Below are positions 1 to 13,480 of a stretch of 64,000 nt of DNA, in pieces. Origin of the DNA: the human T2T-CHM13v2.0 reference genome, Homo sapiens; the NCBI RefSeq assembly GCF_009914755.1, contig NC_060935.1. The stretch is one strand, 5' to 3'. A program made the position numbers and the translations under genes. The notes under the pieces were generated by a model that made no database searches, was not told where the DNA came from, and saw nothing but the letters and a program-made list of their open reading frames with translations. Every line of letters starts with the position of its first letter. Within the stretch, counting starts at the first letter, position 1.

Positions 1-2816
1 AGAAATATAAACTTACCATCAGAGAATACTATAAACACTGCCACGCAAATAAACTAGAAAATCTAGAAGAAATAGATAAATTCATGGACACATACACCCT
101 CCCAAAACTAAACCAGGAAGAAGTCGAATCCCTGAATAGACCAATAACAATTTCTGAAATTGAGGCAGTAATTAATAGCCTACCAACCAAAAAAAGCCCA
201 GGACCAGACGGATTCATGGCCGAATTGTACCAGAGGAACAAAGAGGAGCTGGTACCATTCCTTTGAAACTATTCCAAACAATGGAAAAAGGCCTCCTCCC
301 TAACTCAATTTATGAGGCCAGCATCATCCTGACACCAAAACCTGGCAGAGACACAAAAAAAGAAAATTTCAGGCCAATATCCCTGATGAACACTGATGCA
401 AAAATCCTCAATGAAATACTGGCAAACCGAATCCAGCAGCAAACTAAAAAGCTTATCCACCATGATCGAGTCAGCTTCATCCCTGGGATGCAAGAGTGGT
501 TCAACATATGCAAATCAATAAATGTAATCCTTCCCATAAACAGAACCAATGACAAAAACCACACGATAATCTCAACAGATGCAGAAAAGGCCTTTGATAA
601 AATTCAACACTCCTTCATGCTAAAAACACTTAATAAACTAGGTATTAATAAAACACATCTCAAAATAATAACAGCTATTTATGGCAAACTCACAGCCAAT
701 ACCATACTGAATGGGCAAAAGCTAGAAGCATTCCCTTTGAAAACCGGCACAAGATAAGGATGCCCTCTCTCAATACTCCTATTCAACATGGAATTAGAAT
801 TTCTGGCCAGGGCAATCAGGCAAGAGAAAGAAATAAAGCGTATTCAAATAGGAAGATAGGAAGTCAAATTGTCTCTGTTTGCAGATGACATGATTGTATG
901 TTTAGAAAACCCCTTCATCTCAGCCCAAAAACTCCTTAAGCAGATAAGCAACTTCAGCAAGGTCTCTGGATATAAAATCAATGTGCAAAAATCACAATCA
1001 TTCCTATATACCAAAAATAGACAAACAGAGAGCCAAACCATGAACAAACTCCCATTCACAGTTGCTACAAAGAGAATTAAATACCTAGGAATACAACTTA
1101 CAAGGGATGTGAAGGACCTCTTTAAGGAGAACTACAAACCACTGCTCAAGGAAATAAGAGAGGACACAAACAAATGGAATAACATTCCATGCTCATGGGT
1201 AGGAAGAATCAATATTGTGAAAATGGCCATACTGCCCAAAGTAATTTATAGATTCAATGCTATTCCCATCAAGCTACCACTGACACAGAATTAGAAAAAA
1301 CTTCACAGAATTAGAAAAAACTACTTTACATTTCATATGAAACCAAACAAGAGCCTGCATGCCAAGACAATCCTAAGCAAAAAGAACAAAGCTGGAGGCA
1401 ACACGTTACTTGACTTCAAACTATACTACAAGGCTACAGTAACCAAAACAGCATGGTACTGGGACCAAAACAGATATATAGACCAATGGAACAGAAATAA
1501 CGGCCCACATCTACAACCATTTTATCTGTGACAAACCTGACAAAAACAAGCAATGAGGAAAGAATTCCCTATTTAATAAATGGTGTTGGGAAAACTGGCT
1601 AGCTATATGCAGAAAGCTGAAACTGGACTGCTTCATTACACCTTATACAAAAATTAACTCAAGCTGGATTACAGATTTAAACATAAGACCTAAAACCATA
1701 AAAACCCTAGAAGAAAACCTAGGCAATACCATTCAGGACATAGGCATGGGCAAGACTTCACGACGAAAACACCAAAAGCAATGGCAACAAAAGCCAAGTT
1801 GACAAATGGGATCTAGTTAAACTACAGAGCATCTGCACGGCAAAAGAAACTATCATCAGAGTGAAGAGGCAACCTACTGAATGGGAGAAAATTATTGCAA
1901 TCTATCCATTAGATAGATTGACAAAGGGATAATATCCAGAACCTACAAGGAACTTAAACAAATTTGCAAGAAAAAAACAACGTGGGCAAAGGATATGAAC
2001 AGACACTTCTCAAAAGTAGATATTTATGCAGCCAATAGACATAGGAGAAAATGCTCATTATCACTGGTCATTAGATAAATGCAAATTAAAACCACAATGA
2101 GATTCCATTTCACACCAGTTAGAATGGCGATCTTTAAAAAGTCAGGAAACAAGAGGTGCTGGAGAGGATGTAGAGAAATAGGAGTGCTTTTACACTGTTG
2201 GTGGGAGTGTAAATTAGTTCGATTGTGGAAGACAGTGTGGAGATTCCTCATGGATCTAGAGCTAGAAATACAATTTGACCCACCAATCCCATTACTGCAT
2301 ATATACCCAAAGGATTATAAATCATTCTACTGTAAAGATGCATGCACACATATATTTATTGTAGTACTATTCACAAGAGCAAAGACTTGGAACCAACCCA
2401 AATGCCCGTCAATGTTAGACTGGATAAAGAAAATGTGGCACATATACCCCATGGAATACTATGCAGCCATAAAAAAAGAATGAGTTCATGTCCTTTGCAG
2501 GAACATGGATGAAGCTGGAAACCATCATTCGCAGCAGGCTAACACAGGAAGAGAAAAGGAAACACCGCATGTTCTCACTAATAAATGGGAGTTGAACAAT
2601 GAGAATGTATGGACACAGGGAGGGGAATAACACACTACAGTTCCTGTTGGGGAGTAGGGCACAAGGGAAGGGATAGCATTAGGAGAAATACCTAATGTCG
2701 ATCACACGTTGATGGGTGCAGCAAACCACCATGGTAAATATATACCTATGTAATAAACCTGTACGTTCTGGACACGTATTCCATAACTTAAAGTATAATA
2801 AAAAAAGAAGAAAAAA
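1..2816 (+). mobile_element. LINE-1, L1PA7-like (L1PA6-8): decayed ORF2 (RT and C-terminal region), 3'UTR and A-rich tail; runs off the left window edge
   Basis: ORF fragments 84-266, 263-757 ([12 protein letters not shown]), 869-1294 (LFADDM RT motif) and 2079-2483 are L1 ORF2p broken by stops and frameshifts. 3'UTR GGATAGCATTAGGAGAAATACCTAATG...AACTTAAAGTATAATAAAAAAA is typical of older L1PA. Confidence 0.95.
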
Positions 2817-3432
2817 TTAATTTGATTTAATTTGAGTGTAAAATAACAAGAACACATAGCTGGTGTAACTAAACTCACAAATTACTGAGTATGAATGGGG
2901 TTGTGGTTATATTCTTTATTTTTTTCCTTGCATTTTTCCTTCTCTTTTCTGTTTAATATTCTCTCTCTCGGCAGGAGGTTCTTTTGATATTTTGTGTATG
3001 AGGACAAAAAAGATGATTTTTCATGCAGTTATCTTTATTTCACATATTAATTTGTTCTTCTAGCTCACCATGTTAAATATTACACAGTCCTTCAAGAGTT
3101 TCAGGTTTCATGGGGATTTTAGGTCCAACATATTGTCCCAAACAGGTCCTTCACACCATTAAAGCAAAATTCCCTATGTTTCCACCATGGAGAAATACTC
3201 TAAACCCAGCCTCATCAATTTCCATTTTGTTTATTCCCTAGAGTGAACAGGTAAGTATTTAGTGAAAAAAATTCCTTTAATAAAATTCATATAGACATTT
3301 ATAAATTTCTGAATTTATAAATAAATTTATAAATGTATGTAGTATGTGTTTGTGTATGTGTGAAACTCAGAATTTTTATCTCACTTTACTACTAAAATTA
3401 GATTTCACATATGTTTCTCAGAGAATATACAT

Positions 3433-3943
3433 TAGTGGTGCCTGACCTTTTTGGCAACAGGGACCAGTTTCATGGAAGACAATTTTTCCACAGACTGGTG
3501 TTGGGGAGATGGTTACGGGATGATTCATGCACATTACATTTATTGTGCCCTTTATTTCTACTATTACATTGTAATATTTTACAACTCACCATAATGTAGA
3601 ACCTGTGAAAGCCCTGAGCTTGATTTCCTGCAAACTAGATGGTCCCATTGGGGTGTAATGGGAGACAGTGCAAATCATCAGGCATTAGATTCTCATAAGG
3701 AGCACGCAACCTAGATCCCTCCCAAGTGTAGTTCACAATAGTGTTTGTGCTCCTATGAGAATCTAATGCTACCACTGATCTGGTAGGAGGTGGAGGTCAG
3801 GCGGTAATGTGAGTGATAGGGAGCAGCTCTGAACAGAGATGAAGCTTCACTTGTTCCCCCACCGCTCACCTCCTGCTGTGTGGCCTGGTTCCCAACAGGA
3901 CATGGACCAGCACTGGTCCATGGCCCAGGGGTTGGGGACCTTG
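3433..3943 (-). mobile_element. MER1A (hAT-Charlie non-autonomous DNA transposon), near full length
   Basis: Ends TAGTGGTGCCTGACCTTTTTGGCA... and ...GGGGTTGGGGACCTTG; internal inverted GCATTAGATTCTCATA/TATGAGAATCTAATGC; 8-bp TSD ATATACAT (3425-3432) / CTATACAT (3944-3951). Confidence 0.9.
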
Positions 3944-4269
3944 CTATACATGATATAAAACAAAGTATAATAACTTATAATAATTGGTAATACTATTAAA
4001 TTAGTATATCATGATGTCCATTGAAATCCTCATTCCAGAAACTAACACAGCAATACTTTTAAAGTTTATTTTTAAAAATACCATACATATGGATTTTAAT
4101 AATGTCTTTTTCATATTTTAACATATCTCAGAGATTAAGAATCTTCTAATCCCCAAGGGCAAATTTCTTTTTTCAAATTTTTTTTTTCGTTGAAAATGGC
4201 ACGAGTCTTACAATCAAGATAATGCTGGATTTGATATAGTGGAATAATCTTTAACTTTGTTGTCTTTCT

Positions 4270-4540
4270 TAATTTTTAGTTTTTATGGATATATAATAGT
4301 TGTACTTATGCAGAGGTATATGTGATATTTTGATACAAGCATACAATGTGTAATGATCAAATCAGTCTGAGATATTCATCACTTAAAGCATTTATCATTT
4401 CTTTGTTTAGGAACATTCCAATTTCACTTTTTTAGCTATTTTAAAATACACATTAAATTATTGTTAAATACAGTCATCATATTGTGCTACGAAATACTAG
4501 ATTTTATTCCTTCTATCTAATTTATTTTGTATCCATTGAT
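4270..4540 (-). mobile_element. L1MA-type 3' end fragment
   Basis: GTGATATTTTGATACAAGCATACAATGTGTAATGATCAAATCAG...CATTTATCATTTCTTTG is antisense L1MA 3'UTR; boundaries approximate. Confidence 0.8.
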
Positions 4541-4898
4541 GGTAGATTGATCTGAAATTTCTACTGGGGATGTCATATTTACTGTTCTTCCAGTGTTGTT
4601 GCCATTGTTTTTAATCCTGTATTGTCTGTTGTTAAGACAGTGCTATATTGTAGAATATGAATGTCAAGCACAGCCTGCATGTATAACACACTGCTCTTCT
4701 GATTGTCAGCAAAATAATTTAGCCTTTTTAATTTAAAATTTAGTTTACTGTTAATTTACCTGACTGCTCTAAATTTACTTATCATAAATTTATTTACATT
4801 GGAAGTATATCATTTATCTCATCTGAGGAAACTTTCAGTCTGGGGTTTGAATACAGAAAGTTACCTGTTTCCATGTGACCATTTAAATTACAACATTA

Positions 4899-5205
4899 GG
4901 CCTGGCACGGTGGCTCACGCCTGCAATCCCAACACTTTTGAAGGCAGAGGCAGGTGGATCACTTGAGGTCAGGAATTCAAGACCAGCCTGGACAACATGG
5001 TGAAGCCCATCTCTACTAAAAATACAAAAATCAGCTGGGCATAGTGGCGGGTACCTGTAATCCCAGCTACTCAGAAGGGTGATGCAGGAGAATTGCTTGA
5101 ACCCAGAGGTGGAGGTTGCAGTGAGCCAAGATCAGGCTGCTGCTCTCCAGCCTGGGTGAGAGAGTGAGATCATGTCTCAAAAAAACAAATAAAATAAATA
5201 AAAAA
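4899..5205 (+). mobile_element. Alu (AluS-like), full length
   Basis: Dimeric Alu with A-rich linker and tail; TSD TAAATTACAACATTA (4884-4898) / TAAATTATAACATTA (5206-5220). Confidence 0.95.
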
Positions 5206-5419
5206 TAAATTATAACATTAAAGATTACAGAATAAAATTCTAAAATTTACATTTTTAGAAATTTTTTATCATCAGCATGTATATAACACTGGAAAATATT
5301 TACTCCCATTCATAATTTAAATGTTCTTTTAAAATGTACTTTTTCATACGAAGTGAAACTAAGAACATTAGGGTGAGTTGAAAATTTGCAATTCCCTACA
5401 ATAATACATGGTCTCTCTT

Positions 5420-5789
<370 letters not shown>

Positions 5790-6279
5790 TTAGATTGGAT
5801 CATGTTTTAATTTATAAGAAAGTAAGCTAGTGTGTACCAATCATCAATAATACACTCAAATGAGCTAACTGGATTATAATGTGGTGAATAAAGAAGAAAG
5901 GTGTAACATAAATAATTGGCTCAAATGCTTTGTTCAAACTTATACCCCAGTACCAAAGAATAAAAGCCTTTTCTTATGATTTGTTTCTCTTATATGGTTA
6001 TGGTTGGAGATAACACTAACCACTTCTTATTAAAGCAAGACTTTGCTATCTTAGTTCTCTACTAAAGCTATTTGTGCTGAAAAAAAGTCGGGATATATTT
6101 GGATCCTAAATCAGTAACAGAAGGAACATATACCATGCAGCAACATCAAGTCAGGAGCAGAATTCTCGTTTTACAGTGCCCCATCTCAAATTCTATTTTC
6201 ATCAGAACCATGAGATATTCTTCATTCATTTATTACCACTAAGTTTACTATGAAAGAATCATAAGAGCAAAAGCTTGTA

Positions 6280-6495
6280 GAGTGTTTACTGAGTAGGTTG
6301 CGTTCTAAGTGTGTTGCTTATATGACATCTACCAATTTTCAGGAATAGAAAATATGTTTATCCTCATGTTATAACTGAAGAAACTGAGAAAGCAAAAAGT
6401 AAAAACCTGAGTCACTGCCAGATAACTATTGGTGTCTAACCTACAACTGGAACCCTGAAAACTGGCTCTGGAGTACATGCTCGTAATTGCTATTT
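6280..6495 (-). mobile_element. MIR SINE, degenerate
   Basis: TATCCTCATGTTATAACTGAAGAAACTGAG resembles the antisense MIR core; ends CTGGCTCTGGAGTACATGCTCGTAA. Confidence 0.55.
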
Positions 6496-6826
6496 ATACT
6501 GATTTACCCCGTAATGCTTATTTTTCATTCATTTGCTCCTGAGCAAAAAGTACAAGTTAAGTGTGTAAGGATATGATTATTATTATCTCATTTGCTTGCC
6601 TGGCTTATGAAGGCAAATTTATAACCATCAGATTTCAAAACATTTGTATGGGTAGAGCTTTCTGGCCAGTATAAAGTTTTATTGTTTTACTAGTATGCTT
6701 CCTTATAACAAATCTTGTCATTTATTTACATGCATTGTATTTTTTCCTAAGGAAGATAATAAACACAACATATATTCCTACATAATTTAAATGTTAAGTA
6801 GAAAAGATTAAAATATAATCTCTCTA

Positions 6827-6978
6827 GGCCACATGCGGTGGCTCACATCTGTAATCTTAGCGTTTTGGAAGGCTAAAGTGGGAGGATTGTTTGAGGCCAA
6901 GAGTTTGAGATCAGCCTGAGCAACACAGAGAGAGATCCCATCCCTACAAAAATAAACAAACAAACAAATAAATAAACA
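6827..6978 (+). mobile_element. FLAM_C-like free left Alu monomer
   Basis: Single Alu left arm with (AAAC/AAAT) tail; exact 12-bp TSD ATAATCTCTCTA (6815-6826 / 6979-6990). Confidence 0.88.
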
Positions 6979-7889
6979 ATAATCTCTCTAAAATTCAACA
7001 CACATTTAGTATACTTTCAATAAGCGGAGGAGGTTCAAATTTTTATGATCTTTAGAAAAAATTTTAGTTTCCTATGTAACATTAGAAAATAAATGAAAGC
7101 ACTAAAACAAATGAATGTATAAATTTGATTTGTCAAAAAAATAAAAATTACCTCTCAACAGAACATTTATGTTGATTATGTCTGGCTAAATATGAATTAG
7201 GATAAAAATGTCAACCCGTATTCTAAGACATTATTCTCTCAAAAATAATCAATAGCAATTTGATAAGTCAGATCATCCTGTATTCAGGAAAATGGAATTG
7301 GGGTATTGGATATTTAAAGACACGACAGAACTTGAGAAGGCACTACCTGAATTACTTGTATTGTTTTTGACATTGAACTCTACTTATCCATGACAGAAAA
7401 TACAAAAACAAGGGGCTATGCAATAAAACATCAGTCACAGAGAAGCCATGTGATATTTCTCTGGCCTACATTTTGTTTTCTTATGAATCCTGTTTTCACA
7501 CTCTCCAAGTTAACTGACTTTTTAATTTGAATAGCTCTGTCATGGCGAATTACATATTTCAGTAATTACTATAATATAAATATAAATGTTAAAAAAACTT
7601 ATTGCTAATAATTTTTATCACATCTCTTTAGTATTTTCATTGTGCTGAACAATAAGGAAAAATCACAACTTTTGTTTAATTTGGGAAGTTTTCCAGATGC
7701 CTATTGAAAGCCATGTATCCAATGAGGACTGTATTATGCAGCATTTATTTATCTCAATAGAAGTCACATCATCAGCACTTTTTTAAAAATGGGTTTATGT
7801 GGTGAAAAGGATTTAAATAAGATCAACTTCTAGTGGAAGGCTAAGTATCCTGTGGGTGTATGGTAAATGATATTTAAGGGAATTTGGCA

Positions 7890-8030
7890 GCAAATTCAAT
7901 TCAATCCAATCAACTTTTATTGAGAGTCTAAGCTCTTATGGATGATAAGGTTATGAAAACTGATGAAAAAGACTGCCTGCAATTTAAGAAAGTTTAAGGT
8001 CTTTTGCTAGAGACAGACATTTTCATAACT
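7890..8030 (-). mobile_element. L2 3' end fragment
   Basis: ATTCAATTCAATCCAATCAACTTTTATTGAGAGTCTA resembles the antisense L2 tail. Confidence 0.45.
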
Positions 8031-8774
8031 ATATAGAAAGGGTATTTGTTTTTTTTCTAGATCATCAAATATTAGTCAAGGCTTATATACACTAAGAAAT
8101 ATGTGAGGCTCTGGATAATGTAAAATCCTGGTCCTCTTGTTGTAAAAGCGCAAAGTGAATTTTCAAATATAAACTATGACAAAACAATATTCACTGTTTC
8201 ATAAATGCCTATTTTGTGCAAAGTACAATAACACATTTTGCTGAGATCAGGAAATGTATAATTAGGTAATTAACACAGACACAAAAATATGTGTATGTGT
8301 GTGTTTCAGTTAATATTTTATGAAGGCAATGATAGCTATCCTGTTCCACCGTGTATGAGTAGTGCTCAGATGGGTAGAGAAGGTAGGGATAAATTGAATT
8401 TTAAAGTTAGGGAAGACCCAAGAGCTATGACTTGGTGCTTGAATGTAAACATTAGGAAGTGACAAAGCTTAGGAACCCAGGAAGGATTGTGAAGGGAATT
8501 GCATGCTGTACCAAAGTCTTTGTTTATGTTTGTTTGTTTATGGCAAGAAGCTGTAAATTATAGTAATGTATACATTGTAAATATCATCCTTCTGATTGTG
8601 TAGTGAGTCCCTATCCTGCTTGGTAGACTAAAATAACACAAAAATATTATGTAGGTTAAGTATGGGTCAGCTGGGGCGTAATGTATGAGACCAATTTCAA
8701 AAACCAGGAAGAGGTCAAAAGATGATGAACTTTCAATAGATTAATAATATATATCAAAAGAAAAGGAACACATT

Positions 8775-9086
8775 GGCCTGATGTGGTAGCTCACACCTGT
8801 AATCCCAGCAGTTTGGGAGGCCAAGGCAGGCAGATCACTTGAGATTGGAATTTGAGATCAGCCTGGCCAACATGGCAAAACCCCATTTCTACTAAAAATG
8901 CAAAAATTAGCCAGGCGTGTTGGCGCATACCTGTAATTCCAGCTTCATTGGAGTCTGAGACATTAGAATTGCTTGAACTCCAGTGGCAGAGTTCAAGCAA
9001 TCGGAGATCAATTCAAGCTGAGATCGTGCCACCACACTCCAGCCGGGGCAACAGAGAGAGACATCGTCTCAAAAAAAAAAAAAAAA
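8775..9086 (+). mobile_element. Alu (AluS-like) with rearranged right arm
   Basis: Dimeric Alu with poly(A) 9071-9086; non-consensus segment about 8989-9015 forms an inverted repeat (see findings). Confidence 0.92.
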
Positions 9087-9321
9087 GATTACATTAAAAA
9101 AATAAACAAGCCCTCTACAGCTTTGTTATTTTTTGTCTCTTTGGAAGTGTAACATGTACCATTCACAAGAACCTAAATCTTGAAGTGGTCGTGGTCTTTT
9201 TCAAGAGGCTTCTTTTCTGCCCCTGTCTCACAACAAAGACCTTGAAGGCCAAACAAATTGGACCTGTCCTTGAATTCATAAGATCTCTGCCTGGCTGAAC
9301 ATTAAAAATGGTTCTTTTCTG

Positions 9322-9479
9322 TTGAGATGGGAATTTGAAATCATCCTGGCCAACATGGCGAAACCCCATCTCTACTAAAAATACAAAAATTAGCCAGGCG
9401 TGGTGGCACATGACTGTAATTCCAGCTTCGTGGGAGCCTGAGACATGAGAATTGCTTGAACTCGGGTGGCAGAGTTCAA
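9322..9479 (+). mobile_element. Internal Alu fragment, apparent local copy of 8839-8996
   Basis: Ungapped 158-bp alignment to 8839-8996 (16 mismatches by hand count); no Alu 5' end, tail or TSD. Confidence 0.88.
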
Positions 9480-10769
9480 TGGTGGGAGAGAGTTACATGT
9501 GTAGTCGATGAGAATGGAAATTGTAACTAAAGTCTACTTTTGTTACTACTAATTGTAATAGTCTACTTTTGGCCTGAAGGCTGCAATAGTAAAAATAAAT
9601 AAAATATTATATAACATGAGACTATCAACTACCCTAGCTTCTTTATTTTTCCATTTTGAAGACCACTGTGAGTGTCTTCAAAATTTCCAACAGTTCTGTT
9701 TCACCCTTTTTTCCCAATATTTGCATATTCCCCTTTGTTATTACACTTTGAAGGCTATAGAAATGCATCTGATTTCCCAGGCAGCTTGTCAAGGTGCTGA
9801 AATTTTCAAATGACTTATTCTAGTATCATTTACTATAACTGGAACAACATTGCAATATGCAGAAAAGCACATTCTGTGAATTTTAATTTTGCTGTGGAAC
9901 TTATGTAAATAAAGAGAGAGGAAATAATGATTGACATTAAAATATTAATTTGATACTAATTTGTAGTAAAATAGTGTGTCTTAGAGAAGGCTAGATTTGT
10001 TTTTACACCCTAGTTTTGCCACTCACTGAGGAATCACAACTTTTTAAACATTAACTCCCAATTCTAATATATAAAATATAAAATGTTTTGGGGGGGTGTA
10101 ACATCTGGAAAAAATATTTAAAACTATGCAAAGCTCAGGCAGCACTCTGAAATTCTTCGATAAATATTAGCTTATTTTCTCTACACTTGTCCCAACCCCA
10201 CCTCATCACTCTGTTCAGATCATGTATTATTAGATTGAGAATTCTGAGGTCAGGATCTCTTTCCTTTACTGTTTGCCTCCCCAGGCATAGGAAAAAAAAT
10301 GGCTTGCTCATGTGGGTGAAAAATAATATTGTAGGTTGAAAAAACGAAATGATAAATTTATATATGAGAAATAGAAGCGAGGAAGAAAGGGAATGGGGGG
10401 AGGGAGAAAAGAGAAAGGAAAGAGGAAAGAAGAAAAGCAGGGAGGAATCACCAAAGTACAGTTTAACACTATTAAAAGCAGGAATGGATGTGATCTGATT
10501 ATTTAACAATAAGAACACTTACTGTTTTTAAATGAAAATCAAATGTAAACTGATGCTTCTTTCTCTGTATTAGGGTATCTCAAACAAAATTTCATATTTT
10601 CCTTTTATTCTTCATTTACAAATGACTCCAGAATATATTATGTAAGCCTAGGAGATTTTAGTCTTTTATTTTAGTCCTGAACTCATTTATTAATAAATAT
10701 TTGTGTAAATCTGAGCAGATAAAGCACTGTAAAGGACACAAAACCCATATATTATCCTCCTCTGAAATT

Positions 10770-11010
10770 ATGTACTATTATTCTCATTTGAAAAATAAAG
10801 AAACTGAGGTTACTTTTTTTTTTTGATGGTGTCCTACTTTGATGCCCAGGCTGGTCTCACACTCCTGGGCTCAAGTCATCCTTCCACCTCAACCTTTTGA
10901 GTAGCTGGGATTATAGGCATTCACCACAGTGCCCAGCTGTTGAGGTTACATTTTAATGCGAGATCATGCAATAAGTAGATGTGGATTTAGGATTTGATTC
11001 TACATTTATG
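10770..11010 (-). mobile_element. MIR interrupted by a FLAM
   Basis: TATTATTCTCATTTGAAAAATAAAGAAACTGAGG is the antisense MIR core; it resumes after 10949 (GGATTTAGGATTTGATTC). Confidence 0.6.
10814..10938 (-). mobile_element. FLAM_A-like Alu monomer
   Basis: Poly(T) then antisense left monomer; TSD TGAGGTTAC at 10805-10813 and 10941-10949. Confidence 0.85.
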
Positions 11011-12689
11011 TCTAGCTTTGTGATTCTCCACCAGATCCAGCCTGTCTTGACTTTCCTGACTTGAAAAAGAATCTGACTCCAAAGACATTATTATATTTAT
11101 TATAGTGTGAATGATGGTTAAACACAAGAGATGTTTAATTATGAATCATTTGGGAGTATTAACATGTTAATATGATTTCTATAAACATTTATTTGGTTAA
11201 GGTTATGTCATAAATGCTAAAAAATGCATTTGTCTCAGAGATTAAAATAATTAAATAATAATGACAGAATTATCATATCATAGGTACAAAGATTAAAGAG
11301 GAAAAGGAATTCCAAAATTTGATTATAAGACAGTATATAAAAGAGTGCATCTCATGAAAGAATTTCAAAATGTATTTATTTCTAGATAGATAAAAGCAGA
11401 AAGATTATCATATTAAAAAACATTAAAACTATTGAAGCACATTTAGCAATTATAAGACAACATTCTTGGAGACAGAAAAAAAATTCTTAAATAGTATAGT
11501 GATCACCATAGGAAGACAATTAAATTAAATATCAATTATCAGAAGGTAGGATTATTCTGCTAAGATATTAAAATGTAAATGAACTCAAACAGAAAATGGA
11601 TGAAATATATGGCATTATTTATTCCACATTATTTGGATCAGTATATTGCTATTCTTAAAGAAAAATCAATTGTACTTTAACAGGTAAAGTGTTAAAGGAC
11701 TATCTTGAAAGTTCTAAATTCCTAACCCAAACGTGATCCATTCCAGATAAGCATGTCCATGAAGACATGAGATTAGGGAATATGCTGAAGTAGAAGTACT
11801 CCTGCTTTTAGCTCATTTTATATTTCAAACATGACATCTTGAGTTCTCTTGAAACCTGTAACTGAACAATAAAAACAAATTGTTCCAAGAATTTTCAAAT
11901 GAAATTTCAACTCAGCACAGTGGTTTCCTTCACAGGCAAACAGAAAAGTAAGGGATTTCTTCTTAGAAAGCAGTGTGGGCTAAAGAAAAATAGATAAAAT
12001 TTAAGCAGCTTCACAGTGTTCTGGCTCCTCAATGTATCACAGTGGGTGAGAGTTCTCTCTTACAAGTTGCTTTCTATATACTTGACTGAAACATGTCAAA
12101 AGAAACAACAAAGGGTATCTCTTAATCCCTTGCACAATTTAGTGGATGAATCCGTCCATTCTAAATAAAGCTTGAAACTCAAACATGACTAGTTGGTTAT
12201 CTCCCATGGGACGATCTATAAGGAAGCCTGAAAAAAGGCTCCAGGTTTTAAAGTGGTTATACATTCTACAGTTAAGTCTCTGAACTGTTCACAGCATGTA
12301 AACTGGAATACTAAGCTTCAATCAGATTTAAGCAACTTCAACAAGTAATTTGGTAACTTTATTTGGGAAGTAGGCTACGTGGGAAGGCTTTGCTTGTCTT
12401 AACTTATTCTAAAATTAAACTATCATGATTGTGTTTAGCTGAAGAAGAAAATGTAGTATTATCCCTCTGAAAAAGTCTCCGGTGTAATGCATGATAATTA
12501 TTATAGGAAAAAGAAATAATATAGGATTTTAACTATTCCCCACTTATTAAATTATAATAGGAATAAAAATCAAACTTGTCCTGAGATAATCCAGGTGAAG
12601 TTCACATTGAACCCATGGGTTTTCTTGTAAAAGGCACTCAGAGAAAAAGTACTCCCTCTAAACTAACTCCAAAGGGCAGAGATGGATGG

Positions 12690-12883
12690 AGCTAGATTTG
12701 TATTACAGCTCTGTCACTTAATCGCTATGTGATCATGGCCAAGTTATATAACATCTTAAGAGTTTCTACTTTTTTTTCCTGTGCAACATATCAGTAATGG
12801 CATATAATTTGCAATGTTATAGATAGGACAGCAGATAATGTATATAGTCCACTTAACCAAACAGTAGATGGTTAATAAATGTC
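12690..12883 (+). mobile_element. MIR SINE
   Basis: CAGCTCTGTCACTTAATCGCTATGTGATCATGGCCAAGTTA...ACAGTAGATGGTTAATAAATG. Confidence 0.65.
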
Positions 12884-13269
12884 AAAGGTATGAGAAAGTT
12901 TTATTATGAAGCTATAGTTCATTCATTTCTTACATCCTTTGAGCAGCTACTATGTCTTGGTATTAACCAAGCTTACAGACAGGATATCTGATATGTATTG
13001 ATAAGGATCCATCCAGATTCATTATCAGAGTGTAAATTTATATTCTCTACATTTACACTTTCTTCTTTGAAAATAAATATTGCTTTGGTTCTGTTCTTAA
13101 TAAATTCAGTTGATATTGCATGAACCTAAAGTTTATTATGAATTTTACATTGAAGAGAGCAGATATCCAGACTAATTCTATGTAAAGAGTAACCATCTTC
13201 TTGTGAAATTTGCCTATGATTAATGACTAGTCAAAGACAAAAATAAACTATCAGTGGAGAGGAAGCACC

Positions 13270-13480
13270 ATGTTTAGAGCAAGGTTGCCAGAGATACACA
13301 TTTTAGGTTTGAATCCAGCCTTTGCTGTTAGCTATCTGTGTGATGATGGGCAAAGTATTTAACCACTTTGTGCCTCAGTTGCCTTATATTTAGTGCATTC
13401 AACCCATGGTTGTTGTAATGATAAAGTTAATCAGCGTTTGTATACCACCTAAATTAATGTCTGGTACAGAGTTAATGCTA
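13270..13480 (+). mobile_element. MIR SINE
   Basis: GGTTTGAATCCAGCC...TGTGTGATGATGGGCAAAGTATTTAACCACTTTGTGCCTCAGTT core. Confidence 0.75.

Noticed and set aside
84-2483. L1 ORF2-like ORFs as a functional reverse transcriptase gene
   Set aside because: Fragmented across frames by multiple stops and frameshifts; a dead L1 copy.
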